Under the pieces are notes generated by a model. The model saw only the letters and a program-made list of their open reading frames with translations, had not been told where the DNA came from and ran no database searches. From contig CAZJVA010000003.1 of the NCBI GenBank assembly GCA_964549625.1, positions 12,967-76,966 on the forward strand: a stretch of DNA of 64,000 bases. Direction: 5' to 3'. Shown here in pieces: positions 9,101 through 17,951 of the stretch; position 1 is the stretch's first letter; the number at the start of each line of letters is the position of its first letter. The position numbers were made by a program, and so were the translations under genes. The DNA is from an uncultured Candidatus Babeliaceae bacterium (GTDB lineage: Bacteria > Babelota > Babeliae > Babelales > Babelaceae).

Positions 9101-11617
9101 TTAATTTAGCAGCTGTTTTAGATACTTACCGGTGTAGCTATTTGGCATTTGAGTAACATGCTCAGGAGTTCCTTGTGCTACAATATAGCCGCCAGCGTCG
9201 CCGCCCTCGGGCCCCATGTCTATAAGATAGTCTGAATATTTTAAAACATCTAGGTTGTGTTCGATCACTAAAAGTGAATTGCCTTTTTCAATAAGGCGAT
9301 CAAACACATGCAATAATTTTTCTACATCGCATGCATGTAAACCCGTGGTTGGTTCATCAAGAACATACATTGTTTTGTTTCCACGCTTGGCAAGTTCGTT
9401 GACGAGTTTAATCCGCTGTGCTTCGCCGCCAGAGAGCGTTGTTGCAGGTTGTCCGAGTTTGAGGTAGTCGAGGCCGACATCGCAAAGTAGTTGAAGTCGT
9501 TTGTGGATATTGCGGTGGTGTTTAAAGAAATCGTGTGCTTCGAGTACTGTCATATCAAGGATATCTGCAATATTTTTGCCTCGATAGGTAATTTCTAATG
9601 TTTGTCGATTAAATCGTTTTCCTTGGCAGCTTCGACATTCTACGGTTACATCGGGTAAAAAGTGCATGGCGATGGTTTTGGTGCCTTCTCCATTGCACTC
9701 TTGGCAGCGGCCTTCTTTTACATTAAAGCTAAAGCGACCTGAGCGATAACCGCGGGCAACACTTTCGGGGAGTTGGGCAAACAGGTTACGTATTTCATCG
9801 AAAAAACCAACATAGGTTGCAGGGTTTGAGCGCGGTGTTCGTCCAATCGGGCTTTGATCGATGATAACCGTTGAGAGGAGTTGCTCTGCTCCAGAGATCT
9901 CTGCTGTATGAGTTTTCCAACTCTGTGTTTTGAGTTGCATTGAAAGAGCGGGTACGATTTCGTCCATTACCAGAGAGCTTTTGCCTGAACCAGAAACCCC
10001 TGAAACGGCACATAGGACACCAAGTGGTATGGATACACTAATGTCGTGAAGGTTGTTGGCCTGTGCGTGAATAACTTCTAAAAAGCCTTGGGGTGTTCTG
10101 CGTCGAGGAGGGGTTGGTATTGCTCGAATACCGGCAAGGTACTGCCCTGTGGGTGAGTGTGGGTTCTGCTTTATTTCTTCTGGAGTTCCTGTTGCTACGA
10201 TTGAACCACCGTGTATACCAGCGGCTGGTCCCATATCGATAATAAAATCTGCATTTTCCATTGTGTCGAAATCATGTTCAACCACAATTACGGTATTGCC
10301 TTGGTCCCGAAGTTTTTTTAATGTTGCAATTAATCGATCATTATCGCGTTGATGTAGTCCAATGCTGGGCTCATCGAGCAGATATAAAATACCGCTTAAT
10401 GCAGAACCAAGCTGGCGTGCTAGGCGGATTCGTTGTCCTTCACCACCTGAGAGTGAGCGTGCATCGCGATTAATCGAAAGATAGCCTAGTCCAACGTCAA
10501 CAAGAAAACTTAGTCGATGGGTAATTTCGCCGATGAGTCGTTCGGCAATATGCTGTTCTGTTTGGGTGAGCACAAGCTGGTGAAAGAAATTTTTTAGGTC
10601 TGCTATGGCGTATTCACCTAATTGAAAGATGTTTTGTTCTCCGATGGTCACAGAAAGAGCCAGATCATTCAGACGTTTTCCTTGGCACGTGGAGCAGGTA
10701 AGGCTGATTGCCCCAAAAAATGCTTCGTGCGGCAGGGTAATGCCAAGTCCGTGGCAGGCTGAACATGCGCCAAGCGGCGAATTAAAAGAAAAATGGCGGG
10801 GCTCAAGATCTGGAAATGAGATTCCACAAATGGTACAGCCTTGTGCTGTCGAAAAGAGTTGTTCTTCTGTTCCGATATTGATGCGGCACAAACCTTTTGT
10901 GAGTGCACAACTTTTTTCGACCGCTTCGCTTAGTCGCGCGCATTCTTCGGGGTTGTTGGGTTGTACTTCAATGGTATCAATGCGTGCACTAATGGTGTGG
11001 GGCACTGTTTTTTTTAAGTCGAGTTGAGCAATATCTTCTGTTGTTCGAAGTCGGTGCGTTTGTCCATCAATAACAAAGGTCGTAGCGCCCTGGTTGATCC
11101 ATTCGGAGAGTTCTTTGACAAAGGTGCCTTTGCGGCGCTCAACAAGTGGTGCATAGATGCCGATCGTTTTTCCTTTGTGCTGTTCTAAGATCTTTTTAAT
11201 AATTTCTTGGGGTGACGTTGGTTGTACTTTTTGTCCACAGCTAGGACAGGCTAATATGCCTATGCGAGCGAACAGTATGCGAAGGTAGTCGGATACTTCT
11301 GTTATGGTGCCGACCGTGGAGCGGGGGTTTGAGCCAACTGTTTTTTGATCGATTGCAATAGCCGGGCATAGTCCGTCGATTGAGTCGCAGTCAGGTTTTT
11401 GGGGCATTCCAAGAAATTGTCTGGCATATGAGGAGAGCGATTCAAGGTAGCGTCGTTGGCCCTCTGCATGTAAAACATCGAAGGCAAGAGAGCTTTTTCC
11501 TGAGCCTGATGGGCCAGTGATTACGGTGAGTGTATCTTTGGGCAAACTAACAGAGATGTTTTTGAGATTATGTTCGCGTGCACCTTGAACACGGATAACA
11601 TTTTCTTTTTTGCTCAT
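9101..11617 (-). CDS. uvrA: Excinuclease ABC subunit A (UvrA), short form lacking the insertion domain
   Basis: Motifs present: [69 protein letters not shown] prefer ATG 11617 (MSKKEN), which has GGAGG 11 nt upstream. The track ORF starts at 11635. Confidence 0.95.
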   Translation of the reverse strand: MSKKENVIRVQGAREHNLKNISVSLPKDTLTVITGPSGSGKSSLAFDVLHAEGQRRYLESLSSYARQFLGMPQKPDCDSIDGLCPAIAIDQKTVGSNPRSTVGTITEVSDYLRILFARIGILACPSCGQKVQPTSPQEIIKKILEQHKGKTIGIYAPLVERRKGTFVKELSEWINQGATTFVIDGQTHRLRTTEDIAQLDLKKTVPHTISARIDTIEVQPNNPEECARLSEAVEKSCALTKGLCRINIGTEEQLFSTAQGCTICGISFPDLEPRHFSFNSPLGACSACHGLGITLPHEAFFGAISLTCSTCQGKRLNDLALSVTIGEQNIFQLGEYAIADLKNFFHQLVLTQTEQHIAERLIGEITHRLSFLVDVGLGYLSINRDARSLSGGEGQRIRLARQLGSALSGILYLLDEPSIGLHQRDNDRLIATLKKLRDQGNTVIVVEHDFDTMENADFIIDMGPAAGIHGGSIVATGTPEEIKQNPHSPTGQYLAGIRAIPTPPRRRTPQGFLEVIHAQANNLHDISVSIPLGVLCAVSGVSGSGKSSLVMDEIVPALSMQLKTQSWKTHTAEISGAEQLLSTVIIDQSPIGRTPRSNPATYVGFFDEIRNLFAQLPESVARGYRSGRFSFNVKEGRCQECNGEGTKTIAMHFLPDVTVECRSCQGKRFNRQTLEITYRGKNIADILDMTVLEAHDFFKHHRNIHKRLQLLCDVGLDYLKLGQPATTLSGGEAQRIKLVNELAKRGNKTMYVLDEPTTGLHACDVEKLLHVFDRLIEKGNSLLVIEHNLDVLKYSDYLIDMGPEGGDAGGYIVAQGTPEHVTQMPNSYTGKYLKQLLN

Positions 11618-11637
11618 GATGTATAACGCCTCCATAA

Positions 11638-14600
11638 TCAGGTTGTTTTTTCTAAGCCAAATGCATTAGCCCAAAGTTCTTCAACTTGGTTTTTTGGGGA
11701 AAACTGCTTAGTATTTTGCCCCAAGAACTCTGCTGTTGCAAGGTGCAGGTCAACGATGCCTAGGTGATACATAAGCCTTGGTAAAAGTTGTTTTACTTTA
11801 GTGTGTGTTGCAATGACGGTGAAGATGTCTTCCTGTTTAGCTTTTTCTTTTAGATTAAAAAACGGTTCATTCATAGTGAGTTTTTTAATTTCTTGCATGT
11901 GTCCACTAAGAAACTGATCTTCTTCAAACAAAGGTATAGAAAGTTTGCGTGCGCGTTTTACTATTTTGTGTATGCCGCGAAGATCTTGGCGCATTTGATC
12001 TACTATTTTCTTCTGAGATCCTGACCAAATTTCGTCTCCTTCTGCGCATGCATGTGCTACTTTGATTGTTGAGCCTGCAGCACAGGCTGAGTAAGCAAGG
12101 CCAGTGGCAGTAGCAATTGTTCCACCGATAGCGATTCCGCCCATAAGAGGGATTATGCGAGTTGGCATGCCCAATAGGCCGCCCCATGCTAATGGTTTTG
12201 GCAGCGTATAGGTGTAGGTTCGTGTTTTCGGTGTTGTTTTGCTTATATTCCGCGTGGTTAAAAAGCCGTTAAGGAGCCAAAGCCGGACGCGCATTATTTG
12301 GTCGACAAATGAGCGTGGTTGGTACAGGTGCTCGGTGATAGAAAATAGTTCGCCTGATGTTGTTTTTTGTAAAAGCGTTTGTTTGTAGCGATTATTGGAT
12401 AGCATAAATGGCGCAAAGGTTCGTTTCAAAAACGTTGGTATCGCATTCAACGTGATAAGCGAATGGGCAAATTTGTTTGAAGCATTTAGAATAAAGGCTT
12501 TTTTGTCGGGGCTTTCAAGCCATACTTGGCGGCCTTCTTGAAATAGGGTGTTGGCTATTGGAACGGCCAGGGCTAGAGGTATAAGGCGTAGCCCCCAGTA
12601 TGTTGCATTATTAAAAGTTTCCATTTTTTTTGCGGTTTCAGGGTCTGTGTCAATCTCTTGGAATTTTTTTTCTAGGGGCTCTGTGATCTTTTCTCCAAGA
12701 TGTTCAGCGTAAGAAAGTGTTTCGTTGACATATCCGTAGGTCACATGGTCGGGCCCGTATTTTTCTTTTATTTTTTGAGTCTGTTGCGCAAAGTACGGAT
12801 GCGTTTTTTGGGAGATATATGATGGTATATTTCCGACCGATTTGGCAGTGTCCCAGATTCCGTGTTCTACGCTACCTAGGATGGAGTCTTTATTAGCAAG
12901 GTTGTTTTCTATGAGTAGAGCAGTAGAACTTTTTAGGTCATTGAGTACTTTAAAGATAGGTTTTACAGCGGTATTCACTGTTTTTGCTGATGTTTGAATA
13001 AATTTTGTTTGAGTTCCGATTCTTGGAAGCATGCGTATAAATGAACTTGCTTCTGGTTGAAGAACTTGTTGAAAGGCATTGCTAAAACGTTGACGCGAAA
13101 ATGAGGGTTTGCCAAATTCAGAGATTACGAGGTTTTCTAGAAAGGCTATTTCTTCCAAAAGTTTTTGTGCCGTTTGTAGGTCCGAACTGTTGCCAGGATT
13201 GGATAGGGTTGACAGTGAAGTTCTTTGTAGTTTTGAGTCTTCTTCAGTGCTTTTACGGTAGAGGACGGCATCAGCTTGAAGAATGCGGCCGACGCCTGTG
13301 CGAGGCTCGATGGAGTCAAAAAGGTTGGTTTGGGTTTTTAGCTTGTTTTTGGCAACCTCAAGTAATTTGTCGAAATCCTTGAAAACGGTTTGTAGTGTTT
13401 CTCGTATGGTGCTCATAGCTAATATTAGGTTTTTGCTATTTTTTTCAGCCAGTTCTTGTCCGCCAATGAAAAAAGAGAGCGCAATAATCGGTTCGGACGA
13501 GAGTGCGGTGTATAGATTTCCGTAGCTATGCAAGTAAGCGGTTTTGAGCTTTTTGATGCTTGAGAGCTCGGCGGTTTTTGATGACATTAGGTTTTCCACA
13601 AGTGATCGTTGTTCTTTTGGAATCCTATTCAGAATGAGTTTGATTATTTGATTTTCAAGAGAACGATTAAGGCTTTTTCCTTTGTTGACCAGAGAGCGAA
13701 GAAGCGAGTTTTTAAACTCTGGATCTTCATTTTGTTCGGAAAAAATAAATGCGTTTGCAATAAGAAGCGGTGCAAAAGGGTTGAAGAAAACTACCTGTTT
13801 GTTTGTTCCGGCTTCTTCAAAAAATTTCATGAAGCAGTCAATCAGGTCTCCAGTAAAGTTGATTACCGTTTTATATGTTGAATCGGTGTTTTTTTTACGT
13901 TCATTTGCAGGTTTTTTTTGGGACTTGCTTTTATTTTTTGGGTCCAAGGAATCAAGGTAATCATTAATTTCTTCTGCGTATTTAGCGAGTGTTAGGTGCT
14001 CAAAAAACGCAAGAATGTCTTGAGTGAGGCTTTGTAAAAGATGTAGAAGCTCTTTGCTTTCTTTGTACGTTGGTTTTTGTAGGCCAAGAAGTTCAAGTAC
14101 GCGTTGGCGTTTTAGTTTTGTCTTGTTTTCTAGTTCCAAAAACACATAGTTGAGTGAGGATGTTTCTGCCAAAGCTTTTTTTTCGATAGCCAAGCTTCCA
14201 AGAGCCTGGATGCGTTGTATTTCTTGATGGTTAGAGAATCGAGATGAGCCTGATTTGATCCCTAAAAAAAGACGGTCACTTTGATTGTTTGGTTTAGCCA
14301 AGGTTGTTTTATAGTATTCTTCAAGAGTGGGGGTGTCGAGATGTTTTTTTTGTGCATACAGATCGATTTCATGGAATAGACCGGCTATAGAGTTGCAGAT
14401 ATAATGGATGTTTTCTGGGTCGCCCGGCCGTTCTGGTGGAGCGAATAATCCGTGTGCAATGGAAAAGATTCCTTGGGTGAGGGAGGTATTGTCTTCTGGT
14501 AAGATTTTGAAGTCTTCAAGTTGAGGCGCGTTTTCCGATGTGCCCGTTTGTGTTTCGACTGGGGCTGTAAGGAGTGCGAGAAAGCTGCCAAATAACCAAT

Positions 14601-14640
14601 AATATAGAGCTTTTCTTGCTATTTTCTGATTGCGCTGCAT
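11638..14640 (-). CDS. Large hypothetical membrane-associated protein
   Basis: About 1000-aa ORF. I prefer ATG 14640 (MQRNQKIARKALYYWLFGSFLALLTAPVETQ, signal-like); the track ORF starts at 14709. A Gly/Ala-rich hydrophobic segment (LMGGIAIGGTIATATGLAYSACAAG) lies near the C-terminal quarter. Confidence 0.75.
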   Translation of the reverse strand: MQRNQKIARKALYYWLFGSFLALLTAPVETQTGTSENAPQLEDFKILPEDNTSLTQGIFSIAHGLFAPPERPGDPENIHYICNSIAGLFHEIDLYAQKKHLDTPTLEEYYKTTLAKPNNQSDRLFLGIKSGSSRFSNHQEIQRIQALGSLAIEKKALAETSSLNYVFLELENKTKLKRQRVLELLGLQKPTYKESKELLHLLQSLTQDILAFFEHLTLAKYAEEINDYLDSLDPKNKSKSQKKPANERKKNTDSTYKTVINFTGDLIDCFMKFFEEAGTNKQVVFFNPFAPLLIANAFIFSEQNEDPEFKNSLLRSLVNKGKSLNRSLENQIIKLILNRIPKEQRSLVENLMSSKTAELSSIKKLKTAYLHSYGNLYTALSSEPIIALSFFIGGQELAEKNSKNLILAMSTIRETLQTVFKDFDKLLEVAKNKLKTQTNLFDSIEPRTGVGRILQADAVLYRKSTEEDSKLQRTSLSTLSNPGNSSDLQTAQKLLEEIAFLENLVISEFGKPSFSRQRFSNAFQQVLQPEASSFIRMLPRIGTQTKFIQTSAKTVNTAVKPIFKVLNDLKSSTALLIENNLANKDSILGSVEHGIWDTAKSVGNIPSYISQKTHPYFAQQTQKIKEKYGPDHVTYGYVNETLSYAEHLGEKITEPLEKKFQEIDTDPETAKKMETFNNATYWGLRLIPLALAVPIANTLFQEGRQVWLESPDKKAFILNASNKFAHSLITLNAIPTFLKRTFAPFMLSNNRYKQTLLQKTTSGELFSITEHLYQPRSFVDQIMRVRLWLLNGFLTTRNISKTTPKTRTYTYTLPKPLAWGGLLGMPTRIIPLMGGIAIGGTIATATGLAYSACAAGSTIKVAHACAEGDEIWSGSQKKIVDQMRQDLRGIHKIVKRARKLSIPLFEEDQFLSGHMQEIKKLTMNEPFFNLKEKAKQEDIFTVIATHTKVKQLLPRLMYHLGIVDLHLATAEFLGQNTKQFSPKNQVEELWANAFGLEKTT

Positions 14641-14872
14641 TTTATAACCTTTGGCCAAAAGTCTTATTTTTATTCTATTTGAGTTTACAGTTGTGATTGG
14701 CTTTGTCAAGTGTGGTGCGCGGGGTTGTATGGTTTTTTATTGATTGTTTTGACGCTTGTTTTAGCTGGCCAGGAGATGTTTTAGAAAAAACTTGTTAGTT
14801 GTCCGTGCAGTAATGCGGTGAAAAAGAACAAGGGTGATGGGATTAGTAAGAATAGATGAGGTGTATTGAAAA

Positions 14873-14949
14873 TGGTCGGGGCGGCCAGACTCGAACTGGC
14901 AACCCCTCGCTCCCAAAGCGAGTGCGCTACCAAATTGCGCCACGCCCCG
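14873..14949 (-). tRNA. tRNA-Pro (anticodon UGG)
   Basis: Reverse complement is CGGGGCG-TG-GCGC-AATTTGGTA-GCGC-A-CTCGC-TTTGGGA-GCGAG-GGGTT-GCCAG-TTCGAGT-CTGGC-CGCCCCG-A-CCA. Full cloverleaf with encoded CCA. Confidence 0.95.
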
Positions 14950-15031
14950 ACAGGCGATTTACATTATGTATTTCTATAGCAGCTATTCTAACAGCTTGAT
15001 ATAAAAAGGGAAGTTGATTTTCAAAGTTTTT

Positions 15032-15108
15032 TGGGGTGAGCGGTGGGGCTCGAACCCACGACCCCCAGAACCACAATCTGATGCTCTGCCAACTGAGCTA
15101 CGCTCACC
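15032..15108 (-). tRNA. tRNA-His (anticodon GUG) with genomically encoded G-1
   Basis: Reverse complement is G-GTGAGCG-TA-GCTC-AGTTGGCA-GAGC-A-TCAGA-TTGTGGT-TCTGG-GGGTC-GTGGG-TTCGAGC-CCCAC-CGCTCAC-C-CCA. The extra 5' G faces discriminator C. Confidence 0.95.
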
Positions 15109-15119
15109 ATACCCCGTTT

Positions 15120-15147
15120 AGTATACGGCCTTGGGCGTGCTTTGCAA
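15120..15147 (-). promoter_or_regulatory. Putative sigma70-type promoter for tRNA-His
   Basis: Minus strand reads TTGCAA-N16-TATACT, ending about 10 nt before the mature 5' end. The -35 lies in the 12-mer CTTGCAAAGCAC, which also occurs upstream of tRNA-Leu(CAG). Confidence 0.4.
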
Positions 15148-15259
15148 GATTTTCTTCAAAGTGGCTAGTTGCAGGGGGCAAGGGTTTGTTTGGGGGGGGG
15201 GCGGAGTATTTTTGAGTTTAGGACGCGGCGGAGCGCGGTGTGTTAATAACCTTGTGATA

Positions 15260-15346
15260 TGGTGCCGGAGACTGGACTCGAACCAGCACAGGATTGCTCC
15301 CACAGGCGCCTGAAGCCTGCGCGTCTACCAATTTCGCCACCCCGGC
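15260..15346 (-). tRNA. tRNA-Leu (anticodon CAG), class II with long variable arm
   Basis: Reverse complement is GCCGGGG...CAGGC-TTCAGGC-GCCTG-TGGGAGCAATCCTGT-GCTGG-TTCGAGT-CCAGT-CTCCGGC-A-CCA. Confidence 0.95.
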
Positions 15347-15364
15347 ATAGACTCTATTTACTGC

Positions 15365-15393
15365 AGAATAACATGCCTATAGGTGCTTTGCAA
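15365..15393 (-). promoter_or_regulatory. Putative promoter for tRNA-Leu(CAG)
   Basis: Minus strand reads TTGCAA (15388-15393)-N17-TATTCT (15365-15370). It shares the CTTGCAAAGCAC 12-mer with the tRNA-His promoter. Confidence 0.4.
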
Positions 15394-15419
15394 GTTGGTC
15401 TTGGGGGGCGTTGAGTCTT

Positions 15420-16622
15420 TTATTTTATTGCCGTGAGCGTGTGGTTGATCTTTTGTACGTCCACTTTGGGAGGCTGTGGGGTTGTGGTCGGCAAGTTTTT
15501 GGGTTGGCCTCTGTTTGATTTGTTGTTGTGCAAAAAGTAGTAGGTCAACAGCATGCCGCCGCATGCAAGGCCCCAAGCATTTACTGTTAGAAGGGTTACC
15601 GGTTTGTTGGTTTTGGGCTCTACAGGTGTGGGGGCAGGTTGATCGTCGTTTTCTTGTTCGATGTTCGTCGTTTTGTTAATTGTTGGGGTAGGCGGATTGT
15701 TTTGGGTAGTTTCAGTGCGTAATGCTGCAAGGTCTTTCTCAAAATAGGTCTGTTTACCTGGTATAGAGAGACATGTGAGATTTTTATGTTTTTTAGCCAA
15801 TTGCTTTGCCAAGGTTGGAGTATCAAGATCTTTTGGGGCGTTGTTGATTGTTAGGTCGGTTATATTCAGAGGTACATGTTGCAAATACGTTTCTTGATAT
15901 AGGATGGAGAGGTCCTTGATGTTGGGGAATGCCGTTATTATTGCCTTGAAGTGTTCCGCAGGAATAAGTTCTTCTTGCTCTGGATTATTTGTGGTGAGAG
16001 CCTTTAGTTCCCATAAGTTGAGTTTGGTTACTTTTTCAAGCTTTGTATCTGTTATGTCCTGGCAAAAATGCTCCCAGTCTTCATTGTTTAATGAGATATC
16101 TTTGAGCTCTAGGTGGGTTAGTGTTTGGGGAATGTTGTTAAATATGGTGAATAAGTGGTCTTTGTTATTAACCCCAAAAAGTTCGAGATGGGTGAGTTGT
16201 GTCTGTTTGAGATCAGTCCAGTTAATTACTGTGTCGTAGTTTTTTGGGTAGATTAAGGAGAGATTTTTTAGGTTTTTTTTTGCAATGATTTGTTCCCACA
16301 GTTGTTGTGTAAAAGATACCCCGTTTAGGCAAAGGGTTGTTGTGATCGGGGTTTTTTGGAGTAGGGTGCAAATGTTGTCGGCACTAACTTTGCTTGCCCA
16401 TGCGATTTCAAGCTTGGTAATTTTTTCAAGGTTTTCATTTTGCTGGTCAAGGTCGTCCCAATTAGGATTTTCATCCCATTGTATCCGGCAAGTGTATTGG
16501 CCGAAGCTATTTTTGAAAAAGTTTTGCCAGGGCGTGTACGTCGTGTCTGTCGTGTCCGCGGCGCACAGAGAGCCGTTGGCTAGCAATATGGTGAATAGGG
16601 GGAGAATACGTTTCAAGTTCAT
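15420..16622 (-). CDS. Leucine-rich-repeat (RNI-like) surface protein with signal peptide, Pro/Thr-rich stalk and C-terminal TM anchor
   Basis: N-terminus is MNLKRILPLFTILLANGSLCA. Repeated L-x-x-L-x-L segments include LKNLSLIY, LTHLELFGV, LTHLELKDISL, VTKLNLWEL, IKDLSILY and ITDLTINN. The stalk is NNPPTPTINKTT...PAPTPVEPKTNKP and the TM is VNAWGLACGGMLLTYYFL. Confidence 0.7.
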   Translation of the reverse strand: MNLKRILPLFTILLANGSLCAADTTDTTYTPWQNFFKNSFGQYTCRIQWDENPNWDDLDQQNENLEKITKLEIAWASKVSADNICTLLQKTPITTTLCLNGVSFTQQLWEQIIAKKNLKNLSLIYPKNYDTVINWTDLKQTQLTHLELFGVNNKDHLFTIFNNIPQTLTHLELKDISLNNEDWEHFCQDITDTKLEKVTKLNLWELKALTTNNPEQEELIPAEHFKAIITAFPNIKDLSILYQETYLQHVPLNITDLTINNAPKDLDTPTLAKQLAKKHKNLTCLSIPGKQTYFEKDLAALRTETTQNNPPTPTINKTTNIEQENDDQPAPTPVEPKTNKPVTLLTVNAWGLACGGMLLTYYFLHNNKSNRGQPKNLPTTTPQPPKVDVQKINHTLTAIK

Positions 16623-16729
16623 GGTCGCGCCTCATACTCGTTTTTAATTTTTCTTATTAGGATAATTTTTTTTAGCTTTTTTTCAAGTCTTTTTTAAAAG
16701 TCGGCTATGGCTTAAGGTAGAGACTCGGA

Positions 16730-17779
16730 TTATGAGAGCTCTGACGGCGTTGTTTGTTTGTGCGGGCTAGGGGTTGTTTGCATAGGCAGCTTGATTTTTA
16801 ATGGAATGGATTGGCCTGGCAGGGTAAAGATGCATTGTTCGGGTGTTAGGTTTTGTTGGTTGTTCCACCAGTGTCGAAGTAGGTCGATGGGTGCGTTGGG
16901 GCAGTCGGTGCCGAGAGGGTATGTTCCCCAGTGGCAAGGAATCATGATTTGGGCGTTGAGTGTTTGGAACGCTTCTGCTGCTTCGATTGGATCGAGGTGT
17001 GCTTGACGGTTTTCTTTTTCGGGTTGGCATGGGCCAATTGGTATGAGCGCATGGGTAATGGGGGGGACGTTTGTTTGAATCTCACGGAAATGGTCGCCTT
17101 TGGCAGTGTCTCCAGCAAAGTAGATACACGCGTCTTTTGTGCTTATTATCCAGCCGCCCCACAGTGACTTGTTGCAGTCGAAAAATGAGCGTCGAGACCA
17201 GTGTTTTGCTGGTACAAACGTTATGTTAATATTGTTTTTTACTAACTCCTCATCCCACCACGATTTTTCAGAGACCTGCTTGCAGCCCCAGTGGGTACAG
17301 AGCTGCTTATCGCCTTCGGGCACCAAGAGTTGTATTTTTGGATTTTGTGCCGCGAGTTCTTTGATGCTCTGTTTATCTAGATGATCATAGTGATTGTGCG
17401 AAATGAGTACAATATCGATAGGGGGCAGGATTTCAGATATTTTTATCGGATCAAAAAGCCTTGGAAAGAGGGAAGAGAGATTGGAAAATGCTGGGTCTGT
17501 AATGATAAAGGTGCCATTTATGTACAATAAAAAGGTTGCATGGCCAAGCCACCAAAGATGATTTTCTTTGTTTTGCAGTGCGGTTTGGATGCTGGTACGA
17601 AGTTGTTGGGTCCACGAGTAGTCGAGAGCGAGTTGCTCATATTTTTGTCGAGCAAAATAAACTTTGAAGGCGCGCCAAAAAAGGGCGGCAATGTCTATCC
17701 AGTCATGTTTTTTTTCGCCTGGATAATTTTTGAAGATACCGTCTTCACGTGTTGGACCTGTTTTGCGCGACTTTGCCAC
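16730..17779 (-). CDS. NAPE-PLD-like metallo-beta-lactamase-fold hydrolase
   Basis: WWLGHATFLLYINGTFIITDPAFS and EILPPIDIVLISHNHYDHLD (HxHxDH zinc motif) match, from memory, the mammalian NAPE-PLD segments WLGHATV...LTDPIFS and ELPPIDAVLISHNHYDHLD. Also present are FAGDT and HWGT. Confidence 0.85.
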   Translation of the reverse strand: MAKSRKTGPTREDGIFKNYPGEKKHDWIDIAALFWRAFKVYFARQKYEQLALDYSWTQQLRTSIQTALQNKENHLWWLGHATFLLYINGTFIITDPAFSNLSSLFPRLFDPIKISEILPPIDIVLISHNHYDHLDKQSIKELAAQNPKIQLLVPEGDKQLCTHWGCKQVSEKSWWDEELVKNNINITFVPAKHWSRRSFFDCNKSLWGGWIISTKDACIYFAGDTAKGDHFREIQTNVPPITHALIPIGPCQPEKENRQAHLDPIEAAEAFQTLNAQIMIPCHWGTYPLGTDCPNAPIDLLRHWWNNQQNLTPEQCIFTLPGQSIPLKIKLPMQTTPSPHKQTTPSELS

Positions 17780-17951
17780 ACAATCTCCACGATAATAAAG
17801 AAACCCCCGCCCGGACCGAGCGGTCCAAGACAGGGGAAATGGAGGTCAAATCATAGTTTTTTAGAATGGCCCCTGTGTTGTAAGCCATCCGTCACTCTCC
17901 ATTTAAAGATACAAAAGGTAGGGTAAATTGCAAGGGAAATCTTGTGGTTTT

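Noticed and set aside
10629-11027. 132-aa + strand ORF and several 60-80-aa ORFs overlapping uvrA (9255-11487)
   Set aside because: uvrA is unambiguous on the minus strand, so these are shadow ORFs.
15192-15201. G10 homopolymer considered as a phase-variation switch
   Set aside because: It lies in a non-coding spacer between two tRNA genes and is not within or immediately upstream of any ORF. It is more likely neutral or a sequencing-prone tract.
15904-16647. Two + strand ORFs (111 and 120 aa) opposite the LRR gene
   Set aside because: They are shadow ORFs of a well-structured minus-strand gene that has a signal peptide, repeats and an anchor. Their composition is the S/C/F/V-rich antisense signature.
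17795-17860. GC-rich hairpin-forming island (CCCCCGCCCGGACCGAGCGGTCCAAGACAGGGG) in the 170-nt spacer upstream of the NAPE-PLD-like gene, considered as an SRP/6S/other small RNA or an attenuator
   Set aside because: I could not match any conserved SRP, tmRNA or 6S motif. On the minus strand it forms a 7-bp stem followed by GTTTCTTTATT, so it may simply be the terminator of the upstream gene. Left unassigned.
17540-17926. 128-aa + strand ORF spanning the NAPE-PLD-like gene start and the upstream intergenic region
   Set aside because: Most of it is antisense to a gene with strong family motifs. The remainder covers a hairpin-rich spacer.
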